From the NCBI GenBank assembly GCA_905331485.1, contig CAJNYT010001465.1:1-22979 (forward strand): a stretch of DNA of 22,979 nucleotides, in the 5' to 3' direction. This stretch comes from Rotaria socialis. Its lineage: Eukaryota. Made by a program: the position numbers and the translations under genes. This document shows positions 1 through 10,982 of the stretch, one piece after another. How positions within the stretch are numbered: the stretch's first letter is position 1; each line of letters starts with the position of its first letter. The notes under the pieces are model-generated. The model worked only from the letters and a program-made list of their open reading frames with translations, did no database searches and was not told the origin of the DNA.

Positions 1-265
1 ATTGGCCAGTGATCACTGGTACCCATCTTTAGAGTCTCTCCCTTTGTTCCTCCTAAATTTGTAAATGTTAAATCAATGTTTCTATTCGAACGTTTTGAAG
101 AATTTGATAATGAGGGAATGTCACAAAGATTGTTTTTCTCCACCCATTCTTTCAAAACTCTTCCTCTTTTATCTGCCGACGTGCTACCCCATTCTTTTAC
201 GGATGCATTGAAATCACCAGTTATGATTATATTTTTAGTGATATATGACCCTAAATTCATATGAA
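1..265 (-). mobile_element. 5'-truncated non-LTR retrotransposon (LINE) fragment. It encodes the C-terminal half of an APE-type endonuclease domain, and the frame continues off the left window edge.
   Basis: The minus-strand translation reads ...NIIITGDFNASVKEWGSTSADKRGRVLKEWVEKNNLCDIPSLSNSSKRSNRNIDLTFTNLGGTKGETLKMGTSDHWP. The GDFNA and SDHxP motifs, with IDLTFT between them, are the hallmark EEP/APE endonuclease motifs of LINE ORF2. The frame opens near 320 after a stop, consistent with 5' truncation. Confidence 0.6.
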
Positions 266-1657
266 ATGAAGAAATCATTGCATATATATACAGTATATAT
301 AAATACGTCAGAAACAGCTGCTATCCTTTTTGTTGGTGAAGCATTTTCTCACCTAAATTTCTTGATGTAGGCTCCTTTATTTACTATGTGTTTAGAAATA
401 TTGACAAGACAAAGGTGTGTGTATGGTAAAAAATACTTGAGACAAACTGATGGCAATGCCGAGCATAAGCTCTCTGAAACAAAGAAAATTGTGATAAAAC
501 ATCAAAGGAATAAATTTTGTATTTTTTCGCCTAAATGCTAAAGCTCTTCTATATGCTAGCGGACTTTGTGCAAACAAAACATTTGTTTTTTTTTGAACAT
601 TGCATAGTCCTCAGTATCATGTATTAATATTAAAATTATTTTTTAGAGAAACATTCAATGGATGATGAAAAAGGTAAGTTTATTAAATGATGATAAGAAA
701 ATTTTATTTTTTATCTATTAGATGCCTATTTCGATTGCGTTGAATATCAAGAATTCGGTAAATGATGGTTTTTGCAAGATTATTTATTAATTATTATTAA
801 ATAGACCACAATATTCATACTCTATCGCTCTATAAAAGTGTTATTCAGCTACCTACTCCCCTTCATCCATGGATATCTGAACTACAATTTTCAATACATC
901 GAAAGTAAAAGATAGATTTTCAAAAATAAACTTTTAACGTATTGAAATAACATTTAGAACAAGCGTATTACGTCGTCTTTTAAATTATTTTAAACGATCC
1001 AAAAAACATTTTTTATCGAACCTAATCGAACAATTTATTCGTGTACACGCCGGATATTTTAGTCATCCAATTGGTTCTCGTGTAAGTCTAATCTTTCATA
1101 GCAAAATAAAATCTTTCTGAAACAAGAAAACAATTATTATTCTAGTTTCATGTCTCATATGCAAACGAAAAATGGCTTCTTATTTTAAAAAAGATGAAAC
1201 GTAAGTTCAAAATTTTAAAAATATGTCAAATATATGTTTTACTTTCTCTACAGTTGTTAACTATCCAACGTATCCATATCCTCGAACAAGAATTATAATC
1301 ATTCGTAAAGGTCTATCATACATAGTAAGATAAAAATTAACATTATAATTAAACGCGCGTATTATACGATCATGTCTGATAGTTTATATATTGTAATTAT
1401 TGGCATTATATTAATTCTTCTTAGTGTACTTATGAATATTATACAATTAATAAAAACATATCGAAGTCAAAAACAAATGGCAGGATTTCTTTAATGCATT
1501 CGAATAGATATTATAATAATAAATGTAAATATTGAAATAAAAGTAAATCCAATACATATATAAAAAATTGTTCGTTTTATTTTTCGTTGTGTTATGATTC
1601 CATGTGCATGAATGGTTTGATCAAGAACTAGAAATAGAGTTTGTTTTTCTTTTCGGA

Positions 1658-2242
1658 TCATTTTCTCTTGAAAAATGTATGAATTTTACTTTCACGTGCA
1701 TCGACTACTGAACTAGATGCTTCTGCTAATGTTATATAGAGTTGACAAATTCTATCGTTATGTTCAGTATGTATTATAGTATTCAATTCGTTAAACATTT
1801 CGTGTAAAATATCAATTTGTTTTTCATTTTTTGCTATTGGAATTTCTTTATTAGGAGCTTTTTCTTGATTAAAATCTAATAGATTTTTAAAATTATTAAT
1901 TAATTGAAGAAAAGATATTTGCTGAGAATGAATTATTCGTCGACTATGATCATCGGTTTGACGTAATAAAACTAATTTTTGTTTTGTTTGATTTCGTTTT
2001 ATTTCATCATGAATATTAACTGGTAAATATTCAATTAATTGAGTTTGAACACGAATTAAGGTTGATTGAAGACAAATATTTAATAGACGCAAATTATTTA
2101 TTTCTTGTTGAGCTGAATGCAGTTGAAGAGGAACTTGCTTTAAAATACGGTCATCTTTTTTTTCGAGAATTTTCGATGTTGGTTTTAAATTAGATGAATT
2201 TTTCTCGTCTGACTCTTCATTAGGAATATCTTTATTGTTCAT
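1658..2242 (-). CDS. Hypothetical 194-aa protein with coiled-coil-like composition (Q/L/N/K-rich). It appears to be single-exon, and no family was recognised.
   Basis: A long ORF in an AT-rich background. ATG at 2242 is preceded by an in-frame TAA, and the stop is at 1658. There is no recognisable domain, so it could be one exon of a larger gene. Confidence 0.35.
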   Translation of the reverse strand: MNNKDIPNEESDEKNSSNLKPTSKILEKKDDRILKQVPLQLHSAQQEINNLRLLNICLQSTLIRVQTQLIEYLPVNIHDEIKRNQTKQKLVLLRQTDDHSRRIIHSQQISFLQLINNFKNLLDFNQEKAPNKEIPIAKNEKQIDILHEMFNELNTIIHTEHNDRICQLYITLAEASSSVVDARESKIHTFFKRK

Positions 2243-3087
2243 TTAGAAAAAAAATTCAATCGAAACTATTTACTGCGCAAAAAATGAATTATTGTTTAAT
2301 AAAAAGGATGATGAGGAATAGTCGAATCTGTAACAAATGATTCAATTGTATGTTTACGATTATAAAGATTTGTTTCACACGCGAGTTATTTGTTTACTTT
2401 TTCTGATAACGAAAATTCTAATTGCTTAGGTTAAAAAGTTTATGTAAATCATCAATAAGTTAGTAGCTATAGTAGAAAATATCGACCGATATGAATACTA
2501 TTAGTAAAGAAATTCAATGGCAAAATAAAAGATTTTCGAGTAGCGTTTTGAATTCAACTCCCCCCATGCATGTCTAGAGCTTTTGTCATTCTTCTGAGAC
2601 AAATTCTCGTAAATATTAATGTTGATACTATTAAAAAGTAGTTTTAGGGATTTTTAATAGTTGGATATCAGTCAGATCTTTTACATGCAACTGATAGTTC
2701 TTCTCCTAACGGCAATTTTCTGTCAGCAAATCAACGGTAGTCAAAGCATAGATGAGAGGCGTATACTATCTTAATTCAACTTCTTCACTACAAACAACTT
2801 TCATATGATTTTATGAATTTTTAAAACAAATCCAAGTTCGTATCTTGAATCTATCATATAAATATGTATATCTTTCTATTAATTTCTATTATTCAATTTC
2901 ATTGTCATCCTCTTGACTCGCTTAAAATTAAGAGAATTGATATATGCTTTTTGTTGTACCATGTTTATTGAAATTTAAAACAAAATATAGCTTCATGATA
3001 CAGAAGTAAGTATGTAGTCAGCGTAGTCAATATACTAATAGTAAGAAACACTCATAATAAACTATATAGGACAATATTTAATCACAG

Positions 3088-6000
3088 TCAAGACGAATAC
3101 CACTGTATAAGATAGAGATTGCCTAATGTATCACCGGCTACAACACCAAATATTCCATTGTTACTTTGTTTCCACGCACGCATTTGTGTAATAGGCGCTG
3201 GTACAGGATATTGTCCAAGGATATCGTCTATATCTTCATGTACTGATGAATCATTATCATTTGTATTCATCAATTTTGAATGATCATTTCTATACTGTAC
3301 TCGAATGACATTATCGTGGCCACTTGTAAATATAAATTCATTATTGATCGAACACAGGCCTGTAATTGCTCGTGGTTTTGACGATATACGACTTCTATTC
3401 CATGTTTGTATGTCACTAAATAAGTTTGATGTCGAAAAAAGATTTCCATTTGTTGTACCCAAGTAAAATATTTGTTTGTTATCAAGACTTTCAATTGATG
3501 TTATCCATTCCGATGGAACTGATGTTCGATATTCAATTTTCGATGTGTAAGATGCAAATAATTTGCTATCTGTTGAATGAACTAATGATAAATCATATGA
3601 GCATAGTTCATGACTTGTCGAGCCAATTGTTAAAATGCAATGGTTATTTTCATTTAATGTTAGGAAAGATGATAATGGCCAATGACATGTTGCTGTCTTA
3701 TATGTTTTTAAGCGTTCCAATGAAGATGATGAATAAAGATGGAATGTAAGTGAATCGAATGATTGATTTTCACCAACAACAAAATATGGCATATCATATT
3801 GGCCGGCAACAAATGAAACAGGTCCACTTATTGTTGTATCAGTTTTCAAACGTTTTATTGAACATTTATCTTCGTTTTTATTATTTGTAACTGTCCAAAT
3901 TTTTATTTTTTTATCAACCGAACCAGTTACAAGACAATGATGTTGAGCGTCAGAACGAACTAAAGTCATACCAAGAATGGTTTCCTCATGTGCTTTGATT
4001 GATTGTATAATATGAAACGGTTGTTTAGACATTTTAGTCTTTGGCATGTCTGTATCCATATCGTAATCATCATTTTTCGTTGATAATAATGACCAAATGA
4101 ATAGATGTGCATCACGTGAAACAGTAAAAACAAGAGAATTATCACGCGAGACACAAATCGATGTAACTTCATCTAAATGACTAACCGGTTGAGCTATTTG
4201 AGGTGTCATTGCTGATGATGTTGAATCATAATTTGTAAATGCATTCGTTGGAATTTGCCACGAACGCACTGTTTTATCAAGTGATGATGTTAGAATTGAT
4301 TCATTGCTAACAACAATATCATTCAATGGTTGTGCATGTGCATCATAAACACAACGCTGTTCAGGATCTGTTGGACGCCATATACGTACTGAACCGTCTT
4401 CTGATGCGCTAACAACAAGCATTGTATCAACTGTATGTGTTGTACGTGAAAGTCCTCGTTCTTGTTCTTCGACTATATTTCCCCAGTTCGAATCTGTATC
4501 CTTTTCATTTTTATAATCGACACCTTTCAATTTTACCCATAAGTCACATGAAGTTACTTTTTCTGTATGACCACGTAAACATGTTATTTCAGTACCTTTA
4601 TGAGACCATACTCGAACAGTATTATCTAATGAACCTGAAACAACACAACCATATGAAAAGCAAACTGCATTAACCGAAGCTTGATGGCCGCGAAGTGTTA
4701 CACGAGCTTCTTCAACCTCAGCTGAAACAACATCCATAGAATCGCCATCAGTTTTTGCTACTTTCGGTAGAGTATTCCAAATTTTTAATGTATTATCATT
4801 TGATGCAGTTACAAGCAAACCATTATTTGTATTGGATAAAGCAATATCATTAATCCAATCAGCATGACAATGAGCAAGTGTATTCGAAAGTGTTACAACA
4901 GATTGGGTTGAATATCGACTGATAGCCCATATATGTACTTGACCATCACGACTAGCTGTTATCAATTGATTTGTTTCATTGTTAAATGCTATACCTGTTA
5001 CTGGTGTACGATGTTCAGTTACAATTTGAGTTGGTTCATATGATGAACGTTCAAAATATTGTGATATTACGTAAATACATACGGTTGCATCTTCTGAACC
5101 TGTTGCGATGATTTTCGTTGTACCAATAGCACATGATAGAACAGCTGCTGTGTGACCTTTGAGTGTTGCAGTTTGAACGCGAAGATCAGTACGTGTACCT
5201 AAATCTTTCAAATCGTAAATGCGTGAACAGCTATCACCCGATGCTGATATAAGAATGTTTCCGGATGATGGTGCAAATCCAAGACGATGAATACGACCTT
5301 GATGATAATGAAGTTCTTGTTCGGTAGTACCATTTTGTATATCGAATATTCGTATTGAACCCGAATGATATCCAGCAATAATATATTCTCCTTCGGGATG
5401 AATTATTATATTCGATACAGAGCCCCATGTTTCATTAGAAATAATCATTTGGCATTGACCAATAGTCGATGAAAATACTCGTACACGACCATCGTTACCT
5501 GCTGATGCTAATGTTGATCCATTGGGTGAAAAATAAATTGAACTTATACGAGCTGATATGAGACCAACTTGACTACCAGTTAAAGCATTCCATAAACGAC
5601 ATTCACCATCAATTGAACACGATGCAATGTAACGGCCATCAGCAGAATAAGCAACAGCTTTTATTGAACTTAAATGTCCACGCATAACGGATTTACGTTG
5701 GCCAGTAGCTACATTCCATTGTCGAACAATACCATCCCAACAACCAGTTACTAACATGAAACCATCGGGATGAAATGCAACACTTGAGACTGGTTTAGGA
5801 TGTAAACGTATTTCTGTTTCTTGTCGACCTTTTTGTAAATCCCATATACGAACATATGAATCCCATGAAACTGAAGCAAATTGTGTACCACGTTGATTTG
5901 AACATAGTTCTGAAACTCGTTTATTATGTGTTGGTGTAAGTATATTTAAACGATGACCATTTGATACATCCCAAATCGATAAACCACCATCGTCACTACC

Positions 6001-6140
6001 ACTTACTAGACGATCATTACCAGCAAAACATACAGCTGATATGGGTGCAGCATGACCAACAAATAATTTTAATAAACGAGATGTTGACGTATTATAAAGA
6101 CGAACTAAACAATCAGCAGAACCAGCAGCTAGAAACATAC
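3088..6140 (-). CDS. TEP1: TEP1-like exon 7 (about 20 WD40 repeats; terminal exon with stop codon).
   Basis: A 1016-codon ORF with many WD40 signatures (LSGSDDGGLSIWDVSNG, GCWDGIVRQWNV, SASNDNTLKIWN, GSVDKKIKIWTV and others). Acceptor ttctttttag before GTATGTTTCTAGCTGCTGG. TGA stop at 3088-3090. Confidence 0.9.
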
Positions 6141-6201
6141 CTAAAAAGAAATAATAAAAGTGTCGTGCATTATATTTTTAGTTAGAAGTTTTTTAATTTA
6201 C

Positions 6202-9008
6202 CTGATGGTGATACAGATAAACATCGAATAGGTTCTGCAAAAGCTTCAATTGAATATTTCATTTGTTCCATATTATCTGGTTTATTAATACGAACGAATG
6301 CCGTAATATGATCATCATTATTTATTGAATTTTTCTGATAATTAGAAAGTATTTGTTGAATATTAACAAAAACAGAACTCGTTTCTAATTCATTTAATGC
6401 TTGTTGATAGATCAACGACGGAGTACTAGCTAGAATGTGACTATTTCGTTGAATAAATGAACGGTATTGTTGTAGAAAAAATTCATTGATTTCTTGTCGA
6501 TCTTTTACATTGCTTGATACGTTTGGTTTTGTTCTACTAAATGAAGAGATTGGTTTACTAGTTGAAATTGGTAATGCAGTTTTAATTAATTCATAATCAT
6601 CAATTAATACGTGAACAAGGCCGACACGACATTTACCAGCTAGAAATTTAAGGTCCGTTAATACTGAATAGTATAATTTAGGTTCGTCGGCAGCATATAA
6701 ATAAAATGGTAAATGTTCAAATGCTTTAATATTCATTGATGTCCATTGAGGTCCGGCTGCCTCGCACCAATAATAGAAAGAAAGCAATCTATAGATATTA
6801 CATTGTTGTTCATTCGATTGTATATAACGTGTTTTCACTAGTTGTCGAATTTCATTTGATGCTATGGAAACTGTTTGTGGTCCATCAAAGAATTGTGGTT
6901 TCAATAAAATATGACAATTGTAAATGAAATCTGCTAACTGTAAAGATGTTGTCGTTATCGGGTAAGTATAATTTTCTGGTGGAGGCAAAGTTCTCGATGA
7001 ATCAAATGAAATATTGAGTAAATCACGTAATTCTTGTTCGGTTAAATCTTGTCGTGCTGAATAAAGTAAACCGAAGATTGTTGCAACATATGTTTCGCCG
7101 AAGAGTATTTCCAGTCGTTTAAAAATTTCCAGTAAAAATAAATGTTGTCGTTGTGGAATTGCTTTTAATTTTTCCGTGATTTTCTTTTCATAATCTGTCA
7201 TTAATAACAGTTCTTCACATATTAATGTTAAATACGACGGTTTAAATGAATCACGTTTTCCAGTAATGAATTTCATTTGTGATGAAAATGCATGTTCATC
7301 TAATTTCTTACCAAAACGATCAAGATGTTTACGAACGATTTCACTACGTTCAAGTATTTCAAGATTTGTTATGTCAATAGCTAATGTATTAGATAGATTT
7401 TTGCATGCTGCTTCAACATTACTACCTTCAGTAGCACTAATAATAAATGTTGTTTTTTCAAAATTGAAATCTTTTGGAATAAAATTTAATGTATGAACTA
7501 ATGTTTCGTTATCGAGTAGTTCAACGCCATCAATACAAATAACAATATTTGAAAGACTTTTTCTCATACGAAGAAAATCGTATAGAATTTTACATAGATC
7601 TGTATATGAACTTGTGCGAATTTGATCAATAGGAAATTGACTCGCTAATTCGGAATGATCATTTATCATTTGACAAAGTAAACGACGAAGCATAGAAAGA
7701 CTATTCAATGATGCACGTGTAATCCCAGCATAATGTTCATATAATTTAATATTTGAATTCACACGTGACATAATACTATTTGCGATAGCAGCTATCGCAG
7801 CTGTTTTACCTGAACCTTGCTGCCCTGTAATAAGAATAACAGATACTTTACTAATACCTTTAATTGTGTCTTGAAGCATTTTATTTCGACTAACAAAATG
7901 TTCCATAAATGAAAGACGATATTGTTGATGTTGAGTATCTTCGAGATCATTATCATCTAAGAGAACATATTCAGGTTTATATTCTTCTTGTAACGATGTC
8001 CATAGATTATCAATAACACGTTGTGCAAATTGTTCAAGATCAGTAACAAGTGGTCGATCATTGGATACACCTTGCCATGAACATGGATACTCGTCAAATG
8101 TTTCAAAGCCACTTGCACGTATACGTTGCTTTAAATTATTCATTTTTATTCTTGAATGGTTATCTTCAGTAGTGAAATCATCAGACCATGGTTTAGGAAT
8201 GTCTTGAATAACTTTCGGATTACGAAGATAGAAAAATGCTCGATTTTGTTTTTTCGATGCCGATTGATTAAATGCACCGGCTTGTATCTCTAAATCTGTT
8301 ATACTATATCCTATTGGTAATGTTTCTAGCCATTTAAATCGTGTATCATCCTTTGGAACATCATAAGATTTTGGTATATAACCATAACGTTCACCAACCA
8401 TACCAATAAAATAATCACTACGATATACTTCATTGAGACATAAGTAAACTGATTGATTCGATTGACTTTCTGCTATACCCCATCGAAGATCGGTTTGATA
8501 GAGATTCACGAAAAGACTTTTCGCTCGTTGGCGTAATTCAGGAAAAACATAACGCGTTAAAATATCACGTTCAGCATGCATATCTTTAAATGTCGATGAT
8601 ATAAATACACGTACCGTACGCCAACGTGGTACTAATGTTGTCATTGGTATATCTGTTGATATTTTTGATTGCTGATCATTTGATGAGTCAGTTGTTGATT
8701 GTGAATCTTTTTTCTGTTCATCGATTTTATTAAGACCATGCGCATTATCCATATTTTCAACATGTAACAATTGTCCATCATTACCACGTTCAGCAATAAA
8801 TTGTAATATTGCATCAGAAAAACCACTAAGAAATATATCATTTCGATTGTTAAATCGATCGGATTTTGATAGTGAACATTGAGCAATACTTAAATCAATA
8901 CTAACAAACATAAGTTCAGGATTGACTAAATAACGATAAAGTGAAAGAAATCGATAAACAAAATCTGATTCAGCTGTATCAGCTTTCAATCCATCGGAAA
9001 CAATAATA
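6202..9008 (-). CDS. TEP1: TEP1-like exon 6 (vWA-like region plus NACHT NTPase domain plus start of the helical/WD region).
   Basis: A 935-codon uninterrupted ORF. Walker A ILITGQQGSGKTAAIAAI marks the NACHT P-loop. Acceptor ttttattttctag at 9009-9021. GTAAAT donor at 6201. Phase 1 joins GG|T to exon 7. Confidence 0.85.
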
Positions 9009-9073
9009 CTAGAAAATAAAAGAAATTCATATTTATAAATGCTTCGTTCATCTTCTTCTCTTTGTTGACTTAC

Positions 9074-9770
9074 ATATTATCAAACCATCGTTTTTCAGCA
9101 ATCATATTGGTAAGAAAGGCTGGCGGTATACAAACGTCGGATGTTGCTGATAATGATGTTGTTGTCAATTGATCAACCTCTAAAATTTTTGTCATTTGAT
9201 TGAGTATTGTGTCTTGTGGTGTTTGTTCAATTTCAGTGTAACTATCTTTTGTTTTATAAGTAATTAACTGACTTGATTCACAAGCCGATTTACACATTAA
9301 ACCCATTAAAAGGCCTATTTCAGCACGTGTTCGTGGTTTACCTAAACCTTTAGCTGCTTGACATGGTTGACGCATGGCTTCACTTAAATTGCAAAAGACA
9401 AATGTTCGACCAGGTATTGGTTGACAATTACGCTGAGTAGCTATTTTAACTGAACAATCAAGTGCTTTTCTATAACGTTGTAATAGAGCCGGGTCATATT
9501 TGATTTCTTTTGAACCAAGTTTTTTGGCTTTTTCTAGTGGAGTCAAAACAGTCTTTTTGCCTTTTTCTTTTCGTGTTAATCGTCGACTTTTAATATCAGG
9601 TATTCCAGATATAGTTTCTTTAGCTGCACACCATTTATTAAATTCTTCTTCAAGTTCATCAAATATTTGATATGCGGAGAAGAAACGAAACGGAAATTGA
9701 CGACTGTACATAACGGCACCATCATCTTGAAGTTTTTTTAATACCCATTGATGATGTTTTTCAGAAATGC
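9074..9770 (-). CDS. TEP1: TEP1-like exon 5 (TROVE C-terminal part and degenerate vWA/MIDAS region).
   Basis: Acceptor ttgttttaag. Translates GISEKHHQWVLKKLQDDGAVMYSRQFPFRFFSAYQIFDEL...GRTFVFCNLSEAM.... The FPFRFFSAYQIF segment corresponds to Ro60 HPFHILIALETYK. GTAAGT donor at 9073. Confidence 0.8.
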
Positions 9771-9844
9771 CTTAAAACAAATAAGAGAATAATGTGAATT
9801 CACATGATATGAAATTTAATAAAAATGAATTTCTCAATACATAC

Positions 9845-9963
9845 CAACTTTAATCATATTTCGTAAATTTCTCAACATAGCCATAAATGGCAGTTTTTTA
9901 TTATCAATTAATTTTTCCCAAACTTCAGCTTTGTTGCCTTTAAGACTGATCTGTGTTTCCCAT
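9845..9963 (-). CDS. TEP1: TEP1-like exon 4 (TROVE core with the LRNLRNM motif).
   Basis: Acceptor ttgaatag. Translates (T)WETQISLKGNKAEVWEKLIDNKKLPFMAMLRNLRNMIKVG. This matches the conserved Ro60/TEP1 TROVE motif (cf. Ro60 MPLTALLRNLGKM). GTATGT donor. Phase is consistent. Confidence 0.75.
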
Positions 9964-10030
9964 CTATTCAAAATAAAAAACCATTATTTATGCAATGAAA
10001 ACAAAAAAAACAGAAACAAATTGTGCTTAC

Positions 10031-10688
10031 GTTTCCGGTGTTGGTAATTTCATACGTTTGTTAGCACGTTCTGCTTCGAATACACCAGGTAAACGTGATT
10101 GATAAAAAAGTTCCGATGTTTCCGGATATCGTTTACCCAATAGACACCAAACATGTTCGACTGGCTCACTGATATGTAATTGACGAATTAACCGTTTCAA
10201 TGTAAATGCCATTCGGCGTGTTTCACGTTCGTCTTCGCTAACTTGTGTCAGCATTTTCCTTATTTGTTTGCTGGGTTTGGGTTCTGCTGTTGTTACACTC
10301 ATATTCGATTCGGTTGAAGATGCTCGAGCTGCTGGACGTCCACGACCTCCTCGACTAGCTCCTCTGCCTCGTCCAGGAGCAGAACCCCATTTTCCTCGCG
10401 TAGCACCACCAGTTGTTGTTGCATTTGATTTTTTTGCTTTTTTTAAACGTGCTTTTTCTTTATTATATTTCGCAAGTTGATATTTATCGAAATCAACAAA
10501 TTTTTTCACCATAACACGACGTAATGCAGATGGCAATGCACCGAAATGAATACGTCTATCGAAGAATGTTTGATAAAGTTCAGCTATTTCAATCCAATCC
10601 GATGGTAAATTAACAGTCACTTTAAAATATTTCTTTAAAAATATACGACATGGTTCTGTATATGCAGCATAGGCAAGTAGAAAATTAG
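10031..10688 (-). CDS. TEP1: TEP1-like exon 3 (TROVE module; contains an RG/RGG-rich GC island). The acceptor was chosen for phase consistency; an alternative AG at 10732 would add 43 nt but breaks the frame.
   Basis: Translates ANFLLAYAAYTEPCRIFLKKYFKVTVNLPSDWIEIAELYQTFFDRRIHFGALPSALRRVMVKKFVDFDKYQLAKYNKEKARLKKAKKSNATTTGGATRGKWGSAPGRGRGASRGGRGRPAARASS...KRMKLPTPET. GTAAGC donor at 10030-10029. Confidence 0.6.
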
Positions 10689-10779
10689 CTGTTATACGAA
10701 TATTTAAATGATTTCGTGTATACAGTGCAGCCTAAAATCACGAATTAAGAAAGTATTTTCGAGTTAAATTTTAGTTTTA

Positions 10780-10915
10780 CTTTAAGAATAAATTCTGGAT
10801 CTTTGTCAACAACTAAATTAGCAAGACGAATAAGTTCTGTTCGTTTTGAATCTGTTGCTTTTCTTAGATCGGGTTGACTTAATAATGAATCAGCCAATGA
10901 ATTCAGAAGACTTTT
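10780..10915 (-). CDS. TEP1: TEP1-like exon 2 (start of the TROVE module).
   Basis: Acceptor ctatttatag at 10925-10916. Frame-0 translation is KSLLNSLADSLLSQPDLRKATDSKRTELIRLANLVVDKDPEFILK. Donor GTAAAA at 10779. Only one frame is open. Confidence 0.6.
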
Positions 10916-10982
10916 CTATAAATAGATAAAAAAGAAAATCGATGTATTTTCTAAACGAAAAAAAAATAGATGAATATCAAAC

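Noticed and set aside
76-264. 62-aa plus-strand ORF at the left edge
   Set aside because: The opposite strand over the same bases gives a textbook LINE endonuclease translation (GDFNA...SDHWP). The plus-strand ORF is its antisense shadow.
3270-5428. Several 64-107-aa ORFs on both strands inside 3088-6140
   Set aside because: They are alternative-frame or antisense ORFs embedded in the 1016-codon WD40 exon, which fully explains the region.
10268-10480. 70-aa plus-strand Pro/Arg/Ala-rich ORF
   Set aside because: It is antisense to the GC-rich RGG-encoding segment of TEP1 exon 3; the compositional island is what keeps this frame open.
10689-10731. Alternative, more proximal acceptor (ttttag at 10733-10732) for TEP1 exon 3, adding AALYTRNHLNIRIT
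   Set aside because: With the only possible GT donor of exon 2 (phase 1) this acceptor produces an immediate in-frame stop. The acceptor at 10690-10689 (ataacag) restores the frame and gives a 91-bp intron in the range of the others. It remains uncertain without transcript data.
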